The notes under the pieces were generated by a model, which worked only from the letters and a program-made list of their open reading frames with translations, had not been told where the DNA came from and did no database searches. This document shows, one piece after another, positions 19,161 to 28,348 of a DNA stretch of 64,000 nt. This DNA comes from a virus. The DNA lies in IMG/VR virus record IMGVR_UViG_3300045988_079665, one strand, 5' to 3'. Both the position numbers and the translations under genes were made by a program. The stretch's first letter is position 1. Every line of letters starts with the position of its first letter.

Positions 19161-19636
19161 CTAAACACATCCTCCTCATCATTTCTTTTCATAATCGTCG
19201 CAACAACATCCTCAACTTGCCATTGCTGAATATTCTGTCTTACCTGATTTAGCCAAGTATAATATTTTTTACATTCATCGTACTTATATTTGACTAGTCC
19301 AAGTGGCGATTGAGATATATCTTTTCCAAGCTCTTTATGGATATATCTGATAGTATAAGCAATGCCGCCATATGTCATATCAGGATTATCTTTCATCAAC
19401 TGAGCAAGCTGGATTCCTACAAGCCGCATATTAGCATTAGGGGCGACTTGGCGTATATAATCCAGCAATTTGCGCCTATCATCTTTTGATTCTGCTTTAG
19501 GCTTGACAGCATGAGCATTGATATAATCCTGCTTACATTGCTCACAACAGAAATAGAATTTAGGCTTATATTCGATTGCATCTTGTTTTGGCGTTGATTT
19601 ACCGCATTGGCGGCATTTAACTGTTTTTTCTTTCAT
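19157..19636 (-). CDS. hypothetical protein with N-terminal zinc ribbon
   Basis: CRQCG...CCEQC. Confidence 0.5.
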   Translation of the reverse strand: MKEKTVKCRQCGKSTPKQDAIEYKPKFYFCCEQCKQDYINAHAVKPKAESKDDRRKLLDYIRQVAPNANMRLVGIQLAQLMKDNPDMTYGGIAYTIRYIHKELGKDISQSPLGLVKYKYDECKKYYTWLNQVRQNIQQWQVEDVVATIMKRNDEEDVFR

Positions 19637-19932
19637 AATCCAGAGAATGCCATCTGACGCATATAGCTATAAGGTAACAAATATTCACCATGAGTGGGTA
19701 TCCAGTTGAACCATTTCTGGATATTATCGCCATCAACAATGTATTGTCCATCATAGTAGGAGACACATCGATTATCACTAGCATCAAAATCGACATATCC
19801 ACCCTCTGTGAATGTCATAAATCCAGTCTCATCGCCAGACCAAATAGTCACATAGATAGCCTCAATATGCTTATCGTCCGGAATCTCAACTTCTTTGACT
19901 TTATCGTCATAATCATAAATTTTCATCTTCAT
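19633..19932 (-). CDS. hypothetical protein
   Basis: ORF track. Confidence 0.5.
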   Translation of the reverse strand: MKMKIYDYDDKVKEVEIPDDKHIEAIYVTIWSGDETGFMTFTEGGYVDFDASDNRCVSYYDGQYIVDGDNIQKWFNWIPTHGEYLLPYSYMRQMAFSGL

Positions 19933-19979
19933 TATATTTATCCTCCTTTATTGGCGGCATTTGACTGTAGGTGGCTTTC

Positions 19980-20126
19980 TCATTCACTTACCACTCTTGC
20001 CGCGTTTACTCTAAGGTCAATACGACGAGCTTTAGCAATCGCCTCATCAAAAGAATCGGCTTCAACGTAAATGTACGTTTTCTTGTTGCCATTGATATAA
20101 TCATAATACCACGCTTCCCATTTCAT
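19980..20126 (-). CDS. small hypothetical protein (48 aa)
   Basis: Hand translation MKWEAWYYDYINGNKKTYIYVEADSFDEAIAKARRIDLRVNAARVVSE. GGAGGT RBS; first gene behind the promoter at 20157-20185. Confidence 0.45.
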   Translation of the reverse strand: MKWEAWYYDYINGNKKTYIYVEADSFDEAIAKARRIDLRVNAARVVSE

Positions 20127-20156
20127 ATTTATTACCTCCATCTCTTTGATAATCCA

Positions 20157-20185
20157 AGTATAGCATATATTGACTTATTTGTCAA
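20157..20185 (-). promoter_or_regulatory. sigma-A type promoter TTGACA-17-TATACT
   Basis: agtata at 20157-20162 and tgtcaa at 20180-20185. The TGA stop of the upstream gene sits inside the -35. Confidence 0.7.
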
Positions 20186-20811
20186 GAGGAAATTATCTCA
20201 TATTCTAACATCCGCTTATCAATTTCTTCTTGGCTCATAACCGCATCTGTTCTCTTACAATCAACCACGCTAAGACCGCTAGTATGCGTTATGACCCGAT
20301 TTTGTTCTATGGTATATCCTGCATCATATTCAAGTTGTAATCGGCATATATAGCCTTCACAGCCTTCAGGACGCTTGATGGTAAACACCCTAGGCGAATC
20401 GCCGCATATGTTCAAGAATCGGCTCGAATCCAGCCATTGCCCATCTATTTCTATGTTCATGCTATCAGGCGCATTATTTTCAATTATGCGGCAATATTGT
20501 ACATTATAATACAATGATTTTTTCCATTCATTGATATTTCCTGATACCAATAGCCTAGTAGGTGTATCAGATTTTTTCATTGTATAATAATGTTTATTTT
20601 TGACATATATATAGCTATCTATTCGTGGATGGATATATTGTGCCATAGCCAGCCATGATTTGATTTGCGCCTCGTTCCATTTGCGGCTTAATGTTTGGCT
20701 CATGGTGAGACATTGGTTATTGGTGATGACGCTGAATCTGACTTTCATATGGGTTTGATATAGGTCAATTCGCAGCTCTTGTAACTGGGATATACATAGA
20801 AATCTATTCAA
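20182..20811 (-). CDS. hypothetical protein (TTG start as tracked)
   Basis: ORF track; no motif recognised. Confidence 0.5.
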   Translation of the reverse strand: MNRFLCISQLQELRIDLYQTHMKVRFSVITNNQCLTMSQTLSRKWNEAQIKSWLAMAQYIHPRIDSYIYVKNKHYYTMKKSDTPTRLLVSGNINEWKKSLYYNVQYCRIIENNAPDSMNIEIDGQWLDSSRFLNICGDSPRVFTIKRPEGCEGYICRLQLEYDAGYTIEQNRVITHTSGLSVVDCKRTDAVMSQEEIDKRMLEYEIISS

Positions 20812-20832
20812 GCATCATCACCTACTTTGTCA

Positions 20833-21273
20833 TTACTTTGATCTAAAAATTACAACCATAGATGGAAATGGGGCTGAATTTTTACATCCACCAAATTTAA
20901 GCCGTCCTTTGATAAAGCGAATCTCTGTATTTGGCTTATTGTAAATATAATCATGGAACCAACGCGTATCGGTTCGAGCCGGTAATAGCATTACTACTGT
21001 TACAGAGCCAACATGAGAAGAAATATAAGCTCGTCGTACCCACTCACCAATTTTACGTCCATAAGGAGGATTACACCATACTGTTCCAATCCAAGGGCGA
21101 CTTAATCCATCAACTTCTTTTGTGTAGTAGTGTTCACATTTATGATTGTTTTCATCAGCACATACGTCTAATGTAAAATGAAATTCATCATTCAGCTTAT
21201 CGAAAAAATCTTGCGGCGTAGACCAATTATCTGTTGCACTTGAAAACATTACATCTGTGTTCATTTTTATCAC
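20833..21273 (-). CDS. dam: phage-type DNA N6-adenine methyltransferase (Dam family)
   Basis: WCNPPYGRK catalytic motif; N-terminal STPQDFFDKLNDEFHFTLDVCA. Confidence 0.8.
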   Translation of the reverse strand: MIKMNTDVMFSSATDNWSTPQDFFDKLNDEFHFTLDVCADENNHKCEHYYTKEVDGLSRPWIGTVWCNPPYGRKIGEWVRRAYISSHVGSVTVVMLLPARTDTRWFHDYIYNKPNTEIRFIKGRLKFGGCKNSAPFPSMVVIFRSK

Positions 21274-21282
21274 CTCACAGCT

Positions 21283-21311
21283 ATTATATAATAAAAAGGC
21301 GGGATTGTCAA
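21283..21311 (-). promoter_or_regulatory. sigma-A type promoter TTGACA-17-TATAAT with the -35 in a terminator loop
   Basis: attata at 21283-21288 and tgtcaa at 21306-21311. Confidence 0.7.
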
Positions 21312-21320
21312 GCCCCGCCT
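21290..21320 (-). terminator. rho-independent terminator
   Basis: AGGCGGG (21297-21303) pairs with CCCGCCT (21314-21320). A U-run on the minus strand comes from plus aaaaa at 21293-21297. Confidence 0.65.
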
Positions 21321-21336
21321 TTAATATTTTTATAGA

Positions 21337-21960
21337 TTAGCCAAATGGATTCTCGTCAGAATCATCCCAAGGACTTTCTGATTCAGCAGGAGTGGGCGTA
21401 TCAGTAGATTCAGCATCTGGGAACACATCGCCAAAATCAGGAATGGGGTCATTAACAGGAGCGGTTGTTGTCTTAGTGGTAGTCAGTTCCTTGAGTGTAG
21501 GAATTTCATACTCGCCCTTTTCAATGGTTTCAACAGAGCGAACGGCGGCAACATAGTTACGGACACGAACCTGGCCCTTCTGGTTCTGATACTGCTCGTC
21601 TGCAATGATTAGACCAACGACCTTATTGACAAGCGTCTTTTCGTCAAAATCCCACTTATAGCCCTTATTAGACTTCTCAACCGCATTAGTAAAGCCCTTA
21701 AACATAGATGCCGCGCTATCCTTATAGGAACGAATGAACGTGCCAGCATTAGGCCACTTCTTTTCCTTGCGCGTATCGCCGTCATACTGCTTCTTAAAAT
21801 ATCCCTTATCATCACCCTTGAAAATATCAAAATAAATCTTTAGATATTCTTTCTCAGGATGATCTTCTACCTTCAGAATCTTACAAATATAGCCGTTTGG
21901 TGTTAGACGCTTAAATGATATGCTTTCAACGATAGAGTCCCAATTTTCGATTCGCTTCAT
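21337..21960 (-). CDS. DUF669-type SSB-like protein (Sak4 partner)
   Basis: N-terminal GYICKILKVEDHPEKEYLKIYFDIFKGDDKGYF pattern; acidic C-terminal tail DDSDENPFG like SSB tails. Confidence 0.65.
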   Translation of the reverse strand: MKRIENWDSIVESISFKRLTPNGYICKILKVEDHPEKEYLKIYFDIFKGDDKGYFKKQYDGDTRKEKKWPNAGTFIRSYKDSAASMFKGFTNAVEKSNKGYKWDFDEKTLVNKVVGLIIADEQYQNQKGQVRVRNYVAAVRSVETIEKGEYEIPTLKELTTTKTTTAPVNDPIPDFGDVFPDAESTDTPTPAESESPWDDSDENPFG

Positions 21961-22011
21961 AATAAATTTAACCTCGCTTTAATTTGATTTTAATAAAAAA
22001 TTATTTATATC

Positions 22012-22656
22012 TTACTCAGCCTTTTTAGCTGGAGTAGTAGATTTAGTTAGGGATTTTCCCACATCCCATTTATATTCATCCAATCGCATACGGATTGTAC
22101 TTGACGCTATTCCTGTGATTCTGCTCCATTCTTCTAATGTGTGCGATTCACCATTATATTCAATAATTCTGTTCGTGCTTCTATTATTAGCTTGTTCTCT
22201 GTCTGTTAACCATCTACAATTCTCTGGGCAATAATTGCCATTTGAATCAATTCTATCTATAGTCAATTCATCAGAATACCCATTATCCATAGACCAATCA
22301 TAAAAGTTTTCAAAATCATCCCATTCATCACATACACAAATTCCCTTTGCTCCATACCAACAATAACTGTTTCGGTTTGGATTATAACATCTTTCTTTCA
22401 TACTAATCCAAATTTTGTATAGCCTACTCTTTGACTTACCATGTGTTATAGTATGAGAGATAGATTTATTGCACCCACAGCTTTTAGTATGCCCACTTTT
22501 CAGATATTCTCCTCGGACAACAACCTCATTGCCACAGTCACACACGCATCTCCATTGAACAATTTTATGCCCATTCGGCTCGATATAATCATCTACCCTT
22601 GAAATAACAACTAATCTACCAAAACGTTGATTTGTCAAATCCTTAAATTTACTCAT
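22012..22656 (-). CDS. HNH homing endonuclease
   Basis: IDRIDSNGNYCPENCRWLTDREQANNR HNH-type motif and an N-terminal CVCDCG...HTKSCGC zinc module. Sits between two normally adjacent genes. Confidence 0.7.
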   Translation of the reverse strand: MSKFKDLTNQRFGRLVVISRVDDYIEPNGHKIVQWRCVCDCGNEVVVRGEYLKSGHTKSCGCNKSISHTITHGKSKSRLYKIWISMKERCYNPNRNSYCWYGAKGICVCDEWDDFENFYDWSMDNGYSDELTIDRIDSNGNYCPENCRWLTDREQANNRSTNRIIEYNGESHTLEEWSRITGIASSTIRMRLDEYKWDVGKSLTKSTTPAKKAE

Positions 22657-22759
22657 ATCATATTCTCCTTACTCAAGAATTTTATTAAGAGTGAGCAGAA
22701 TGGAGTAAGCATCCTGCTCTAAGTGCGGAAGTTTGCAACCCTCCTACAGCCTCTATCTA

Positions 22760-22788
22760 ATTATACCATAAAGATATAATTTTGTCAA
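22760..22788 (-). promoter_or_regulatory. sigma-A type promoter TTGACA-17-TATAAT
   Basis: attata at 22760-22765 and tgtcaa at 22783-22788. A ~95-nt leader precedes the HNH gene. Confidence 0.7.
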
Positions 22789-22796
22789 GTATTATT

Positions 22797-23429
22797 TTAG
22801 AAATCTTTTAGTGCATCAATGACTAACATAATATCATTAGGAATTTCATCCTTTTCAAACGCACCTCTTGGTGTCTTAGCCGTGCTATTCTTGGCTCTTG
22901 TTTCAAACACATATTCGCCATTATCATTGATTCGAGATAGCAGCACAGTGGTCATCTTGCTTTCAAGGCAAATCTTATTGAGCTTACGCCCATTAGTAAG
23001 CATACAAGTAAACCCATCATCACTGGTCTGAGTATGTCCAATGAGAATAACTGTCAAATCGTCACGCATTTTGTTAGAGAAATCAACAATGCTATATACG
23101 CTCTGAGCCAAATCCATCCACTTGTCATACGCCTTTTCCTTGGCTCGGCGCATCTCATCTGCTACCATACAGCCATTTAGAGTATCAATCACAAGATACT
23201 TAATTTGCTTCTGTTTGTCATTGATTTGCTGCATCAGACTATAAATAGAATTAGGGTCATCACATACGAAATAATTCTTATTAGTCTTATTATACTGATT
23301 GCGCCATCCCTTCCAACTAAGTCCCTTACCATCTGCGTCAATGTAAAATGTAAGCTTTGGGTCAAGATGCTCTAGGCTGGTTGTCTTACCAGAACCGCTT
23401 GGCCCAATAATCATAATTGCCTTACTCAT
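22797..23429 (-). CDS. Sak4-like RecA-core ATPase (AAA_24-type recombination protein)
   Basis: Walker A GPSGSGKTT, Walker B YLVIDTL; 210 aa. Confidence 0.75.
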   Translation of the reverse strand: MSKAIMIIGPSGSGKTTSLEHLDPKLTFYIDADGKGLSWKGWRNQYNKTNKNYFVCDDPNSIYSLMQQINDKQKQIKYLVIDTLNGCMVADEMRRAKEKAYDKWMDLAQSVYSIVDFSNKMRDDLTVILIGHTQTSDDGFTCMLTNGRKLNKICLESKMTTVLLSRINDNGEYVFETRAKNSTAKTPRGAFEKDEIPNDIMLVIDALKDF

Positions 23430-23437
23430 TTACTTAC

Positions 23438-23806
23438 TTAATCCTCCTCATTCTCATGAACTTCTTTTAGCCAAAAATCATGACGACATTTATCACATAT
23501 TCCTCTATCCTCACAATCTTTCTGAGCTTTACCATGAGTCAACCCAACATCCAACTGACATGGTGCAATGCTCGGTAGTCCATCATCACTAATCTCAGTA
23601 TTTGGAAACATCTTCAAAAATTCACTCTGTCTTGTTTTGACAGGATGTTCTTTTGCCCATTGCTCTATAATAGAAACACCATCTTCTTCTTGTCCATCAA
23701 ATTCTTCTCCACAACGATACTTATAAGCAGGACATTCCTTACACCCATCATCGTTGTATGCTTTACACATTCGATTAAACTGTTTCAAAAATTCAACAGC
23801 ATCCAT
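23438..23806 (-). CDS. hypothetical Cys-containing protein
   Basis: ORF track. Confidence 0.5.
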   Translation of the reverse strand: MDAVEFLKQFNRMCKAYNDDGCKECPAYKYRCGEEFDGQEEDGVSIIEQWAKEHPVKTRQSEFLKMFPNTEISDDGLPSIAPCQLDVGLTHGKAQKDCEDRGICDKCRHDFWLKEVHENEED

Positions 23807-23809
23807 TAT

Positions 23810-26800
23810 TTACACCTCCAATTTCTTCCAACATTTCATTTCCACAATTTTTTCACTTAGCGTTACCCATTCGCCGTTCTCGTCCTTCTTCATTTTATTC
23901 TTCTCTTGCAACACCACCCTTGCTACATCACCCTTTGATAATTGATGATTCGTCCAGAATTTCTTATTGGCTCGATATGTGCGTTCTGCGCCATAGCATA
24001 GATTGTATAAGGTACAATAAATCTTACCATATCCTGTTGTCTTGACATCTAACACGAGCCAATCATTTGGGTCTGAATTTGGGTCATTTACTGTGCAATA
24101 TCCTAGATACTCAAGTTGCCATTTAATGCGATCAACAATAGTAGCTGGCTTGATGTTAGCTTGCTTAATTAAAGCCGTTATCAATGCTTTATTATTAATC
24201 TCTCTAAATTGCTTCTCAGTTTCTTTGTCACAACACGGTCTAATTACATCTATCATTATATCATCAAATGATGATTTTGTCAATACCTTTGCTGAAATAT
24301 ATTTTTGATAAATCTCATATTCAGCAATGAGCCGGTTCGGTTGGGCAAATTTATCAAAATATCCAAGATGGAATAGAATTTCAATGGCTTTTTTATTAAT
24401 TCTAGGGTCATCCATAAGAGCTTGATATAGAGCGGCGCGATTCTTTATATCTGTTTTACCAAGCTCATATAGAGCCTCTGGTGCGCTCTTAGGCATATCC
24501 TTAATAGATGCCATAGTCTGTACAATACAGTTATTAGCACGATCTATATTGAACGCTCTATTATCGTCACCAAATTGAATATCTTTTAACTTATAGCCGC
24601 GCTTTAACATCTCCTGCTTAATAAGCGCAACCTTATCTTTCTCACCCTTATCGGTAAATCGCTGAAGAACACACTTATAAAATTCAAGTGGATAATGCGC
24701 TTTGAGATAAGCAATCGTTACGCTATCAATAGCCATACAATAAGCATGGGCACTATTGAAGCCATAGGCGGCGCTATTCTCAATAATCGTCCATACCTTA
24801 TCGGCAAGCTCATGTGCCTTGTTATCATCATTTGTTTCGCCAGTATCAAGAATAGCTTGGGCAAAATTCTTGATAAATTTAGGCTTTGCGTCCTTGATGA
24901 TATAATCCTTTTTCTTACTAATTGCCTTGATAATAGTATATGTCTCAGACATAGGGAAGCCAGCAAATCCAAGGACTTTCATTAGAGATTCTTGATATAG
25001 AATGAACGATGATGAACAGTATTCATCTTGAAGCAAATCATCAAGTGCCTTAATACCATAATCAAAGTGTTGCCGTTGCTCAAACGTCTGATACATAGAT
25101 TGGAAAGAAGGTCTGATTGCAGCTATAAATTGCGTTAGCTCAGCAATATTCTTTGGCTTATATCGCATTACCTTTTGAGTCGACCTTGGTTGTTCACACT
25201 GATTGACGCATTGTGTATAGCCATCTGCATAAATCTGCCACGTTGCATCATCATGTGCAATTTTTTCAAGAAGCTGGTTGACAGTGAATGGCTCGATACC
25301 AGCCTCTTTATAAATATCATATGTCAAGCCGATTGAATCAACAATAAGATAATCCTGTTTGAGATACCCAAAAGCATCAATCGTGCCTGATTCAATATTG
25401 GCTACAAGCACCTCTTTACCTGTTGCTTCAGATTTACACAAGCTGATACCAATATCAGATTCAATGTCGCCCTCATAGCACAAGCAACCGCAATTATGAA
25501 CAAGAAGATTATTAACTGTATAAGTATGTGTATCCTCCACTTCAAAGTTATAAACGGTCTGAATTTCTTCAAGTTTTGTTTTGTTTCTATATGGAACCCA
25601 AATCATGCCATCTTCATATAAAGCTTTATCTTGTTTTCGAGCTTCATAATGAAATTCACCACGATATTGTGTATGAGAATTTACAATTCTACCCTGAATT
25701 TTCTCAATTCTATCTTGTCTTGATTTAATTAAAGAACATGGGCGATTATATGCTTTATTTATGCAAGCAACAATTCCCAGCGCTAATTCTTTATTGATGG
25801 TAGAAAATATCTGACATTTTGTTACTTTATCAAAATGCCCATCTGCACTAAAGTAACCTTGTAAGAATGATTTAAGCTGTTCAACTGGTAGATTAAGAAT
25901 TGTTCCTGTCAAGCGTTTCCCAATCGCATAATCTCCAAATTCACCAAGCCAATCATATAATTCTTTACTTTTGAAATATATCTTATTGGTAGTCACTTCT
26001 TTTGCTATTCTAGTCTTACACCAGCTTGCATGAGATAAGATTTTATTTGTTTCATCATTATTTTTATTACAACAAATAATGACATTTTTTATTTTTTGCC
26101 CAACTTTCTCACCAGACTTACGAACTGTATGACTTCTCCATCCATCTCCAAAATATCGTCCAATACACCACCAAAAGTCAAGATTTGTTGAATCTACAAA
26201 ATTAAGAATTGGTAATCTGCTTAATTGATTGATTGGAACTCCAATTAAATCGCCTTGCTCAAGTTGCTCAACTGTTTTCCATGTAGGATTTTTATTTCTT
26301 TTTTTTGTGTAAAATGGATGGTTGCTTGTAACTTGAATTGCCGGAGAGCCATATGCTACAACGTTATAAATGTCATCAACATTGGATGTTATAAATAATT
26401 GTTTTACTTTATGATATTGTCCATCACTAGATAAAACATTATCTCCAATGGTAATATCCTTAATTTTTTTGTAACCATTGCTCGTCATAACAAGTTCATC
26501 CGCAGTAAAGCATGGATGACCCTTTGCAGTATCATAAATGCCTAGATATTTTTTACATCCATCTACAAGCTCTTGATATTTTGGCTCGATATATTTATGA
26601 ATATCAACCGTTTCACCATCTTCAGCGTGTTTCTTAGCTGTTTCATATTGGTCAATCTGCTTACTTACTTCATTAGCTGTATCAGGCTCGACATTATGTG
26701 CTCTTGCATACATTTTCCATGCGGCCTTGAATTTAAGCGTACCAAGAGCCAATAGGTCATATGTGCCAAGTTCACCTACTAGGTCGCGCTGTGCTTGAAT

Positions 26801-28072
26801 GAATGGTTGACGGTCACTAACATTGTTATCAATATCGGGCGGCGTATGGCTATCCAAGACGCGCTCTTTAGTCAAGAATCGCTCTGAATACATAAGGACT
26901 GGACTATTAACCTTATCAACCTTAGTAAGCCGCAAGAGCTTATTGAGATACATAGAGACAGCAGAACCACGCCCTGATGGGGTCAAAATACCGCCATATT
27001 TCTCTTGCCCGCGCTTCATTACCATATATGACAAGATGAAATAATCCGCCATATTACAAGCCTCTATTTCACCTATATCATGCTTAATCTCTTGATAATA
27101 CTGTTGCAGTTTATCCTTGTTAATATCGGCTTTTTGCAAGAACCATTCATCTTTAAGAATCTGCTCAAAGATATGATTGCGTTCCTCTTGAGTTTTATTG
27201 CGCAGCTCTTTTATAACAGGCACTTTCAATGAGCGGTCGAGCTTGATGTCCTCAAATTCAAACAACACATTGGTATTATTAATAGCGGCTTTAATCTGTC
27301 CATCTGTCAATACGCCCTGTTGCTTAAATCGCTCAAATAGAACATCATATGTTGGATAATCCATATACCATCCATCTTCATCCTCATAATGGATGTTGCC
27401 AGATTTAAGCAATTCATCTCTATCGAGCATTTGCGATTCAGTGATAACATGACTATCACACCCAGCAATAAGTGGAATTCCATAAAATTTTGGCAATAGC
27501 AAATGCTCATTTAATTGCTTCTGCGCTAATGTATCATGGGCTTGCACTTCAAGATAGAAATGCGGAAACTTATGTGCCAGTTTAATAACAATATCGTCTA
27601 TATTGTTATATTTATTCCAGAAAGCAATGCAAGCCGTTGTAATCATCACATCATCGTATGGCAACTGGTCAATCAATTCAAGATCAATGCGAGGACGTGC
27701 ATAATATCCATCCTTATTGGCAATAGATAAAATTTTATTGATTGCTTTACGCCCTTTATCGGTTCGAGCTAATAGCACAATATGGCAGTTGCTTCTATCT
27801 GACTCATGCCTGTTTTTTACCCAATATGCTTCAGCGCCATATATCCATCTGATATTCGTGCCATTCTTCTTATTAAATTTTTCTAAGTCATCATATTGAT
27901 TGAAATAATTACCAGCCCATCCATGCTCTACTGTGGTATAGATGCACGGTTTATCTCCATATCGCGCTTTTAGCTCATTCCAATAATCAACAGGCAAGAG
28001 CGGGCTATCTTTCATATAGCGATTACTTAATGATGTATGTTTATGGTAATTTACCCAAATTGGTTCATTCAT
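23810..28072 (-). CDS. dnaE: DnaE-type DNA polymerase III alpha subunit (PHP + polymerase core), interrupted by an intein
   Basis: N-terminal PHP NYHKHTSLSN, plus GRGSAVSMYLN and GFNSAHAYCMA motifs. 1420 aa including a 340-aa in-frame insertion. Confidence 0.9.
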   Translation of the reverse strand: MNEPIWVNYHKHTSLSNRYMKDSPLLPVDYWNELKARYGDKPCIYTTVEHGWAGNYFNQYDDLEKFNKKNGTNIRWIYGAEAYWVKNRHESDRSNCHIVLLARTDKGRKAINKILSIANKDGYYARPRIDLELIDQLPYDDVMITTACIAFWNKYNNIDDIVIKLAHKFPHFYLEVQAHDTLAQKQLNEHLLLPKFYGIPLIAGCDSHVITESQMLDRDELLKSGNIHYEDEDGWYMDYPTYDVLFERFKQQGVLTDGQIKAAINNTNVLFEFEDIKLDRSLKVPVIKELRNKTQEERNHIFEQILKDEWFLQKADINKDKLQQYYQEIKHDIGEIEACNMADYFILSYMVMKRGQEKYGGILTPSGRGSAVSMYLNKLLRLTKVDKVNSPVLMYSERFLTKERVLDSHTPPDIDNNVSDRQPFIQAQRDLVGELGTYDLLALGTLKFKAAWKMYARAHNVEPDTANEVSKQIDQYETAKKHAEDGETVDIHKYIEPKYQELVDGCKKYLGIYDTAKGHPCFTADELVMTSNGYKKIKDITIGDNVLSSDGQYHKVKQLFITSNVDDIYNVVAYGSPAIQVTSNHPFYTKKRNKNPTWKTVEQLEQGDLIGVPINQLSRLPILNFVDSTNLDFWWCIGRYFGDGWRSHTVRKSGEKVGQKIKNVIICCNKNNDETNKILSHASWCKTRIAKEVTTNKIYFKSKELYDWLGEFGDYAIGKRLTGTILNLPVEQLKSFLQGYFSADGHFDKVTKCQIFSTINKELALGIVACINKAYNRPCSLIKSRQDRIEKIQGRIVNSHTQYRGEFHYEARKQDKALYEDGMIWVPYRNKTKLEEIQTVYNFEVEDTHTYTVNNLLVHNCGCLCYEGDIESDIGISLCKSEATGKEVLVANIESGTIDAFGYLKQDYLIVDSIGLTYDIYKEAGIEPFTVNQLLEKIAHDDATWQIYADGYTQCVNQCEQPRSTQKVMRYKPKNIAELTQFIAAIRPSFQSMYQTFEQRQHFDYGIKALDDLLQDEYCSSSFILYQESLMKVLGFAGFPMSETYTIIKAISKKKDYIIKDAKPKFIKNFAQAILDTGETNDDNKAHELADKVWTIIENSAAYGFNSAHAYCMAIDSVTIAYLKAHYPLEFYKCVLQRFTDKGEKDKVALIKQEMLKRGYKLKDIQFGDDNRAFNIDRANNCIVQTMASIKDMPKSAPEALYELGKTDIKNRAALYQALMDDPRINKKAIEILFHLGYFDKFAQPNRLIAEYEIYQKYISAKVLTKSSFDDIMIDVIRPCCDKETEKQFREINNKALITALIKQANIKPATIVDRIKWQLEYLGYCTVNDPNSDPNDWLVLDVKTTGYGKIYCTLYNLCYGAERTYRANKKFWTNHQLSKGDVARVVLQEKNKMKKDENGEWVTLSEKIVEMKCWKKLEV
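25493..26512 (-). mobile_element. intein with double-motif LAGLIDADG homing endonuclease (aa 521-860 of DnaE)
   Basis: Starts CFTADELVMT and has block B TSNHPF. LAGLIDADG-like motifs are IGRYFGDGW and LQGYFSADGHF. Ends VYNFEVEDTHTYTVNNLLVHN followed by Cys+1. Exteins join as GHP|CGCLCYEG. Confidence 0.85.
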
Positions 28073-28074
28073 AT

Positions 28075-28335
28075 TTATTCCACTTCAGTACACATACCAA
28101 TACATTGTGGATAATCTAACCGCTCGAATCCATCAAATGTATCAGTACAAATATAATATGTCGGACACCATCCAATACGATTATCATCGCATACATATTT
28201 GATGGTTAGGTCGAATCTCTGAATGTTCCATTCACTTGCAGCATATTCAAACACGTCTGCTAATGAATTAAATTCGCGGCATTCTTTCATTGATTCTTCA
28301 AGCGTGCCCCTATGTGGTCGATATTTCCAAGCCAT
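28075..28335 (-). CDS. hypothetical protein
   Basis: ORF track. Confidence 0.5.
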   Translation of the reverse strand: MAWKYRPHRGTLEESMKECREFNSLADVFEYAASEWNIQRFDLTIKYVCDDNRIGWCPTYYICTDTFDGFERLDYPQCIGMCTEVE

Positions 28336-28348
28336 ATTTGATTCCTCC

